From assembly GCA_903838025.1 (NCBI GenBank), contig CAILXB010000134.1:1-56597 (forward strand): DNA of 56,597 nt, written 5' to 3'. Origin of the DNA: an uncultured Chlorobiaceae bacterium (GTDB lineage: Bacteria; Bacteroidota; Chlorobiia; Chlorobiales; Chlorobiaceae). Each line of letters starts with the position of its first letter. The first letter of the stretch is position 1. Under the pieces are notes generated by a model that worked only from the letters and a program-made list of their open reading frames with translations, was not told the origin of the DNA and did not search any database. A program made the position numbers and the translations under genes. This document shows, piece after piece, positions 50,037 through 56,597 of the stretch.

Positions 50037-50579
50037 ATGGCACAAACGCTTAAATCCTGGGCAACTCCTCTTGCGGTAGGGGCATTTACCATTTCTGCAG
50101 TCACCGGCCTTCTCATTTTTTTTGATTTGGAAATGGGTATTATAGAGCCCGTTCACAAGTGGCTGAGCTGGCTTCTTGTTACCGGAGTTGTGCTCCACCT
50201 GAGCGCAAACTGGAAACAGTTCACCACCTATTTCTCCAGCAAGCCTGCATTGGGAATCATTGGCGCTGCACTCATCATCACCGTAGCCTCCCTTCTGCCC
50301 ATCTTCGGCGAAGATGAAAAAGAGGGTGGAAAAGAGAAAACAGGAAAAGTTGCAACACAGCTTCTTGAATCATCATCACTGGAAACCATTGCGCTGGTTA
50401 CAAAAACCACGCCGAAACTCCTCATTGAACAGCTCGAAAAAAACGGTATCATAGTCAAGAATGCTTCATTAACCATTCAGGAAATTGCCAGCAACAACGG
50501 GAAAAGTGAAAAAGCGCTTCTCGGTGAAGTGTTGACTCAAAGCAAGGGTTCTGAAACAAAGGATAGCGACAACGATTAA
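50037..50579 (+). CDS. DUF4405-like membrane protein
   Basis: ATPL...VTGLLIFF...HKWLSW...LHLSANWK His-bearing TM segments. Confidence 0.75.
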   Translation: MAQTLKSWATPLAVGAFTISAVTGLLIFFDLEMGIIEPVHKWLSWLLVTGVVLHLSANWKQFTTYFSSKPALGIIGAALIITVASLLPIFGEDEKEGGKEKTGKVATQLLESSSLETIALVTKTTPKLLIEQLEKNGIIVKNASLTIQEIASNNGKSEKALLGEVLTQSKGSETKDSDND

Positions 50580-50598
50580 TACTGAAAAAATTCAGCAC

Positions 50599-51276
50599 AT
50601 GAGACTTCTTATTATTGAAGATGAGCCAGGAATTGCCGGATTCCTCCGCGATGGACTTGAAGAAGAGTACTTTGCCGTCGATGTTGCCTACGATGGCAAA
50701 AGCGGGCTTGATATGGCTCTGATCAACGAATATGACTTGCTCATCGTTGACTGGATGATTCCAGCCTTGAGTGGAATTGAGGTCTGCCGGCAAGTGCGCA
50801 AAGCCGGCAGCACAGTTCCGATACTCTTTCTCACAGCCAAAGATACCCTCGAAGATGTAGTGTTCGGTCTTGATGCAGGAGCCAATGACTACATCAAAAA
50901 ACCCTTTGAATTTGAAGAGTTGCTTGCTCGCATCCGGGTACAGCTCCGAAATAAAAACAGCAATGACGACTCTTTAAGCGCCGGAAGCCTCACCATCAAC
51001 CCGGTAACCCATCAAGTATTCTGCGGTTCAAATGAAATCACCCTCACGCCGAAGGAATTTGCCCTGCTTGAATACCTTGTGCGCAATAAAGATCGGGTAT
51101 GTACCAGAAGCCGGATCATTGAGCATGTCTGGGATATCCATTTTGATTCTGACACATCAGTGATTGATGTCTATATCACCTTTCTGCGCAGAAAACTTGA
51201 GGCCGCAGGATGTGGAAGCATCATCCAAACCATCCGTGGAGTTGGATATATTGTCCGTGAACCAGGTATCTCATGA
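50599..51276 (+). CDS. OmpR-family response regulator
   Basis: IIEDE, VDWMIP, DYIKKPF, LTPKEF, IQTIRGVGY. Confidence 0.96.
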   Translation: MRLLIIEDEPGIAGFLRDGLEEEYFAVDVAYDGKSGLDMALINEYDLLIVDWMIPALSGIEVCRQVRKAGSTVPILFLTAKDTLEDVVFGLDAGANDYIKKPFEFEELLARIRVQLRNKNSNDDSLSAGSLTINPVTHQVFCGSNEITLTPKEFALLEYLVRNKDRVCTRSRIIEHVWDIHFDSDTSVIDVYITFLRRKLEAAGCGSIIQTIRGVGYIVREPGIS

Positions 51277-52769
51277 TTATGAAAGCCAAAAATTCTGTCA
51301 AAAAAAGCCACTCCTTCCTCAAGGAGTGTTCAGTCATGAGTTTGCGCAATCGCATTGCGTTCTACTACACCGTCACGACAGCATTTTTAATCGCCCTTGT
51401 CTTTGCGACCATCTACTTCACCGTTGAGCGAATTGTCTACAGGCAATTTGATGAGGAGATAAAAAAAGAGATTGCAGAAATCCTTTCGGACGCAAATATA
51501 TCAACTCACGATTTCAAAGGATTTGAGAGTTTTCGGAGCAGCGACATTGATGCTGGTGACAATGACAATGACAACGACAATGATTCGATAAAGAAAAAAA
51601 AAGTAAATGTTGACACTGAATTTATCCAGTTGGTTGACACTACCGGACAGGTTATCAATAAATCATCCAGTCTCTCCTGGTGCGTCCTCGCGTTTAATCC
51701 GAAACAGAACGGAAGCGCCTACTTTAACAGCAATTTTGGCGGCTCAATGGTAAGGCAGGCACAGGTACCTCTTATCGATAACAAGGGAGTAACTCATGGG
51801 TACCTTATTGTTGCCGTTCCCCTGAAAAACGCAATGATTGTTTTGCGCGACCTGCACGATATTTTTTTCTTTTCATTTCCTGTCATCATTTTGACGCTTT
51901 TTCTGCTGACTCGCCTCATTGCTGGCAAAAGCATACGCCCCATTGAAAAAGTTATTGCAACAGCCGAAAAAATGACACAGGCACATCTCGATCAGCGCAT
52001 CCCGCTTCCCTATCATCACGACGAATTGTATCGCCTCTCCGCAACCTTCAATTCGCTGATGGACAGGATGGAGGATGCTTTTCAGCGTGAAAAACACTTT
52101 ACCGCCAATGCTTCGCACGAGCTTAAAACACCGCTGGCTATCGTCAAAGGCACCCTTGAAGTACTGGTTCGGAAGCCGCGAGAGAGGGAGCACTATGAAA
52201 CGAGAATCCAGTTTTGCCTGAAAGAGTTAAACCGTATGGCACGCCTCATCGACCAGTTACTCATGATTGCGCGTCATGAGAGCAACAAGATGCAGCCACA
52301 TATTGAGACAATAGAGATTTCACAACATCTTGAAAGTATAATTGAGAGGATGCAATCATCGGCAAGCACAAAAGATATTTCAATCACCATGGATCAGAAT
52401 GAACACGCCAGAATTGCCGCTGACCCAGGTATGCTTGAGATGATCTTCGAAAACATTCTCTCCAATGCCATCAAATACTCTTCAACCGGATCATCAATAA
52501 CCGTCGCCCTGCAACGCAACGCAAATGCGACAATCTGCACCATAAGCGATCAGGGAATCGGAATTCCGACAGAAAAACTGAATGCCATTTTTGAGCGTTT
52601 TTACCGGGTCGATGAATCAAGAAACTCAGGCACAGGCGGGTTTGGTCTGGGACTCTCCATCGTCAAAAAACTTGCCGATCTGCAACACATCAAGGTGGGC
52701 GTCACCAGCGAAACCAACAAGGGGACAACCTTTTCACTCACCTTTCCTGCCGGGGAGGCTCACTGCTGA
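51273..52769 (+). CDS. HAMP sensor histidine kinase
   Basis: 2 TM segments, HAMP, ASHELKTPL, NAIKYS, DQGIG, GLGLSI; start may be 51336. Confidence 0.95.
   Translation: MIMKAKNSVKKSHSFLKECSVMSLRNRIAFYYTVTTAFLIALVFATIYFTVERIVYRQFDEEIKKEIAEILSDANISTHDFKGFESFRSSDIDAGDNDNDNDNDSIKKKKVNVDTEFIQLVDTTGQVINKSSSLSWCVLAFNPKQNGSAYFNSNFGGSMVRQAQVPLIDNKGVTHGYLIVAVPLKNAMIVLRDLHDIFFFSFPVIILTLFLLTRLIAGKSIRPIEKVIATAEKMTQAHLDQRIPLPYHHDELYRLSATFNSLMDRMEDAFQREKHFTANASHELKTPLAIVKGTLEVLVRKPREREHYETRIQFCLKELNRMARLIDQLLMIARHESNKMQPHIETIEISQHLESIIERMQSSASTKDISITMDQNEHARIAADPGMLEMIFENILSNAIKYSSTGSSITVALQRNANATICTISDQGIGIPTEKLNAIFERFYRVDESRNSGTGGFGLGLSIVKKLADLQHIKVGVTSETNKGTTFSLTFPAGEAHC
51558..51584 (+). repeat. (GACAAY)n coding repeat giving DNDNDNDND
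   Basis: gacaatgacaatgacaacgacaatgat. Confidence 0.85.
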
Positions 52770-53716
52770 GGCCACCCTGCACCATCCCCTATCACCCAGT
52801 AAGGCTCGCCGTTATGCTCAACCAGCTTAAATCGGCCGGTCGCAAGCATCTCCTGCATAGTATCATCCACCGTATCGCTCTCACCGGGAAAACAATCCGC
52901 AATGGCTTTGTGAAGTTCCCGCTGCTGCACCGGATGACGGGAGATGATGGCTGTAACAGCCTCAAGCATGTCTGGAGCGTTGCGAAGATCCATATGGCCT
53001 TTGAGAGGATTTACAACGGTCGTCACCTCTGAAAGAGTTGCGATAGCCCGCTCAATGCGCTCTTGGGAGGGAAGATGAACCTCCTGCTCGGGAGCTGGCC
53101 TGGTGGGCAGCACGATATGCACCATATCAGGGTTGATCTCTTTCAACACGGACGCAAGATCACGAAGCGCTTCATCAGAATCGTTGATACCGCCAAGCAA
53201 CATCACCTCAATCCAGAGCCTCCCTTTGTACTCCTTACGAAATGCCACAAGCCCTTCAATATGCTGGCGAAAAGTGAGCCCTTCGGCAGGACGACCGATT
53301 TGCCTATGCAAGGCTTCAGAACCGGCATTGAGCGACGGAAGCACTGCGTCTGCCTGAAGCAGCTCTTCTCGCACCTCCGGCATAAAGAGCAGTGAACCGT
53401 TGGTGATCACTGCAACAGGAGTTGTGGTGAGCTTTTTCACCTCTGCTATCAGCCAGCCAATCCCCTTGTAGAGCATGGTTTCACCGGAGCCGACAAAAGT
53501 AATCCAGTCAATCCCCTTGTTAAGTGCAAGAGCCTCGCGAATTTCGCCAAGAATCTCCTCACGAGGGAAAAACTCCTGCATGTCGGTAGCAAACTTTTTT
53601 GTCTTTCCCAACTGGCAGTAGAGACAGTTCCAGGTACAGCTTTTCGGTGGAAGCAGGTCAACACCAAGTGACTGGCCAAGCCGTTTGGATGAGAGTGGCC
53701 CAAAAACGTATTTCAT
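52760..53716 (-). CDS. Radical SAM protein
   Basis: MKYVFGP..SKRLGQSLG, CTWNCLYC, ITNGS; start moved to 53716. Confidence 0.9.
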   Translation of the reverse strand: MKYVFGPLSSKRLGQSLGVDLLPPKSCTWNCLYCQLGKTKKFATDMQEFFPREEILGEIREALALNKGIDWITFVGSGETMLYKGIGWLIAEVKKLTTTPVAVITNGSLLFMPEVREELLQADAVLPSLNAGSEALHRQIGRPAEGLTFRQHIEGLVAFRKEYKGRLWIEVMLLGGINDSDEALRDLASVLKEINPDMVHIVLPTRPAPEQEVHLPSQERIERAIATLSEVTTVVNPLKGHMDLRNAPDMLEAVTAIISRHPVQQRELHKAIADCFPGESDTVDDTMQEMLATGRFKLVEHNGEPYWVIGDGAGWPQQ

Positions 53717-53741
53717 AGTTGATGATTCCATTTTTTTTCTG

Positions 53742-55100
53742 TCAGCCAGCCTTCGCGGTAACGGCGAATTCCGACATTTTCGCTTCACTCTCGGCCTCGA
53801 AAGCCTCCTTGGAAATATGGGGCAGCAAGAAACTCGATGCCGTAAAGGCAAGGATCTCAATAACAAAGATAACGGCATAAGCCAACATGTGGTTGCCGGA
53901 GAGGGTATAAATAACATCGCGAATCACGCCAGCTCCGGAATGGCCAATAAAAATGGCAAGGCTCTGTGCGGTACCCCAGAGGCCAATATAGATGCCGCTA
54001 CGACCCGCAGTCATGTTCATCATCATCGAGATGTTCGAAACACTTGCTGCACCGAGGCCCATACCAGTCACAACAAGACCAACGCGAAGCAGCGACTGGT
54101 CGCGCATAAAACCAGCGACAATGATGATGGCGAATCCGATTGCACTGAACGTATTGCCAAAATAAGCACCCCGCTTAAACCCAATCCGTGAAAGCAGAAA
54201 GCCGGTAACAAGCATGAAAATAAGCTGTGTGCCGCCCATCATCGGCTTGAACAGCTTGGTAGTTTCTGAAACCTTCATTCCGAAAACTTCCGCACCAAAA
54301 GGATCCATGACCACTTCGTTGGCGAAGAGCGCAAAGATGGAAATAAAAATATAAAAGGCAAACTGCAGCGTCCTTGGAGAGGAAGAGAGCAAACGCACCG
54401 ACTGGGAAAAGCTGATACTGTGCTTTGCCTTGCCCTGAGCGGCATCCGCATTGCGGTTTTCTACACCGAGAACGGCCACAAGCCCAAAACAGAGGGTGAT
54501 GAGGCCGCCGATTTCAGCCACCTGCGTCAGCCGTTCAGGAGTAAAAACCGTCAGATAATTACCGATGTTCCAGTTCGAAATGATAGCGGTCAGAACCATG
54601 AGGGTCCAGCTCGCTCCGGTTATCTTGCCAATATGCTCTTCGGGCACAACATCAGCAATCAGTGCGTAATAGGCCGTAGTCGCAACCTGCAGACCGAAAC
54701 CAAACAGAAGGAAAATAAGGGCGAGCTTCCACAAACCAACATCGGTCAGCAAAGCAGGCAACATTTCGGAAAAGGCTGTACCGCCCACCTTCACTTCATA
54801 GGCCGCCGTCGGTGAAAGCACGAAGGCAACAACGCAGCTCAACAGTCCGAGAAGGATATAAGGAGTCCTGTGATACCCAAAAACGCTGAACCGGTCCGAC
54901 ATGTTGCCGATCCACACCTTGACGCCGAAAATAGCCAGAAGCTCCTTGAGACTGATCAGCCCTAACGCAATAGTTGCAGGCAGCAGTAACTCCTTAATCA
55001 TGACCCGGTTCAGGATATCCTGAATGAAACCGAGCATAAGGCCGAAACCCATCTGGAACATACAGAGACGTACCAGATTCAATGTCTTTACGATCTTCAT
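53742..55100 (-). CDS. pucC: PucC/BCD family MFS transporter
   Basis: LNRVMIKEL, MSDR...GYHRTPYI, MDPFGAEVFGM, GLWGTAQ; about 12 TM segments. Confidence 0.88.
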   Translation of the reverse strand: MKIVKTLNLVRLCMFQMGFGLMLGFIQDILNRVMIKELLLPATIALGLISLKELLAIFGVKVWIGNMSDRFSVFGYHRTPYILLGLLSCVVAFVLSPTAAYEVKVGGTAFSEMLPALLTDVGLWKLALIFLLFGFGLQVATTAYYALIADVVPEEHIGKITGASWTLMVLTAIISNWNIGNYLTVFTPERLTQVAEIGGLITLCFGLVAVLGVENRNADAAQGKAKHSISFSQSVRLLSSSPRTLQFAFYIFISIFALFANEVVMDPFGAEVFGMKVSETTKLFKPMMGGTQLIFMLVTGFLLSRIGFKRGAYFGNTFSAIGFAIIIVAGFMRDQSLLRVGLVVTGMGLGAASVSNISMMMNMTAGRSGIYIGLWGTAQSLAIFIGHSGAGVIRDVIYTLSGNHMLAYAVIFVIEILAFTASSFLLPHISKEAFEAESEAKMSEFAVTAKAG

Positions 55101-55187
55101 AAAACAGCGCTAATGATTTCGGAAATACCGGACAGCTTGCACTTGGTTGAAACGAATGGCCTGCAATATAATAAAAAAGCGGGATGA

Positions 55188-56597
55188 TTACTGAGGCAGG
55201 TGATCGTCAGCTCCTTCAGCAAGCAGAGCAGCAAGACCGGTCAAGCGCTGCGAAGAGCGTTTGTTGCCAACGGCCATAGCGAGTGCCTGTGGGTCACCGA
55301 TAATCATCACCAGTTTTTTAGCCCGTGTCACCGCCGTATAGATGAGGTTTCGCTCAAGCAGCGTAAAGTGCTGCATGGAGAGCGGAATCACCACTGCCGG
55401 GTACTCCGACCCCTGACTCTTGTGAATGGTAATAGCGTAGGCAAGGGCAATTTCATCAAGCTCACCCGACTCATAGAGTACCTCCCGGCCATCATACTCC
55501 ACCCGCAGCGTGCTCTCATCCTCGTCAACCTGTGTAATGCGTCCGATATCACCGTTAAAAACCTCCTTGTCATAATTGTTCACGATCTGAATCACCTTGT
55601 CGCCCTCTGCGTAGGTGCTCTCAAACCGGACAATCTTCCTTACAGCATGAGGGTTCAGGCTCTGCTGAAGAAGTATGTTCAGCGCTTTGGTACCGAGCAC
55701 CCCCTTGTTCATCGGTGTCAGCACCTGGATATCGCGAAGCGGCTCCATACCGAAACGGGCCGGAATACGCTCAGCAACCACAAGCAACAGCCTTCGCATA
55801 ATATCCGCCGTACTCCCGGAGGGGACAACATAAAAGTCGGAGAGCTCCGCCGCGCCCTCATCGGCGACTCCAGCCTGGGGAGAGGGAAAGGGCAACTCCC
55901 CGCAATTGATACGGTGCGCATTGACAATAATCATGGAAGATTGGGCCTGCCGGAAAATCTCCGTCAAACGCACCACCGGAAGCGCTCCCGAGAGAATCAT
56001 GTCGGCCAGCACAAATCCCGGACCAACCGGAGGAAGCTGATCAACATCACCGGCAATAATCAGCGCTGAACGACTGGAGATGGCCGCCAGCAAACGGTTC
56101 ATCAGCACCACATCAATCATGGAAGCCTCATCCACAATGACCAGATCAGCCTCAAGAGGATACGAGCTGCCCCGCTTAAAATCGCGGGCATGGGGATCAT
56201 ACTCAAGCAGGCGATGGATGGTTTTGGCCTCCATGCCGGTTGCTTCAGAAAGCCGTTTGGCCGCCCTCCAGGTGGGGGCACAAAGGAGCACCTTCAGCTC
56301 CTCCGTCTCAAGAATGTCAAGAATTGTGTTGATAATGGTGGTTTTACCCACGCCAGGCCCGCCGGTAATAACCGTGAACTTGCTTAAAAGCGCAAGCGCC
56401 ACGGCACTCCGCTGCGACTCCGACAGCTTAATGGCCGACACATCCTCCGCCGCAGGAATAACCGTTGCCAACTCAAGAACTCCCCAGGGAAGCGCACCCG
56501 GCGGAAATGGAACGAAATGCTGGCCGCCCAAGGCGCGGACTTGAAGGCGTTCCACCGCAAACTTAGCTTGGATTCCACGGCGACGACGGTCCTTGAA
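55188..56597 (-). CDS. recD2: RecD2-like SF1B helicase (frame open to window edge)
   Basis: GGPGVGKTT, TIHRLL, DEASM, GDVDQL, IFRQ, FNGDIG, YAITIHKSQGSEY, YTAVTRA; no stop between 56555 and 56597. Confidence 0.88.
   Translation of the reverse strand, partial: FKDRRRRGIQAKFAVERLQVRALGGQHFVPFPPGALPWGVLELATVIPAAEDVSAIKLSESQRSAVALALLSKFTVITGGPGVGKTTIINTILDILETEELKVLLCAPTWRAAKRLSEATGMEAKTIHRLLEYDPHARDFKRGSSYPLEADLVIVDEASMIDVVLMNRLLAAISSRSALIIAGDVDQLPPVGPGFVLADMILSGALPVVRLTEIFRQAQSSMIIVNAHRINCGELPFPSPQAGVADEGAAELSDFYVVPSGSTADIMRRLLLVVAERIPARFGMEPLRDIQVLTPMNKGVLGTKALNILLQQSLNPHAVRKIVRFESTYAEGDKVIQIVNNYDKEVFNGDIGRITQVDEDESTLRVEYDGREVLYESGELDEIALAYAITIHKSQGSEYPAVVIPLSMQHFTLLERNLIYTAVTRAKKLVMIIGDPQALAMAVGNKRSSQRLTGLAALLAEGADDHLPQ

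Noticed and set aside
53717-53917. N-terminal extension of the radical SAM ORF
   Set aside because: Overlaps pucC; the family-typical start is MKYVFGP at 53716
55200-56069. 289-aa plus-strand ORF
   Set aside because: Antisense shadow of the recD2-like gene

Overview
Bacterial chromosome window, most likely a green sulfur bacterium (Chlorobiaceae), inferred from the PucC/BCD transporter, TrxR-type FNR and the housekeeping context. Core flanks: rplU end, rpmA, mdh, agmatine pathway, M48 peptidase, menA and FNR on the left; hisF, PPK2, an OmpR-type two-component system, radical SAM, pucC and partial recD2 on the right. They enclose a ~39 kb accessory locus (~8.7-47.6 kb). The locus has (i) a regulatory head: REC-PAS-SpoIIE phosphatase, STAS, RsbW-like kinase and a sigma54 activator with a pseudo-receiver; (ii) a surface-polysaccharide cluster with two more STAS genes, a second RsbW-like kinase, a three-domain pseudo-enzyme, Wza/Wzc/Wzy-like proteins, an ABC flippase and many glycosyl- and acyltransferases; (iii) a PEP-CTERM protein/TPR/exosortase/EpsI cassette. 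Best signals from the raw sequence: three sigma54 promoters (13.0, 27.6, 38.8 kb) share one architecture (paired 15-bp enhancer sites, IHF-like site, non-canonical -12), and fossil gene fragments at 10.5 and 11.4 kb show the first STAS-RsbW pair was copied from inside the EPS operon. Together this resembles a Vibrio syp-like, partner-switch- and sigma54-controlled matrix system joined to PEP-CTERM sorting. All calls are by-eye motif recognition; no database search was run, so novelty is unverified.
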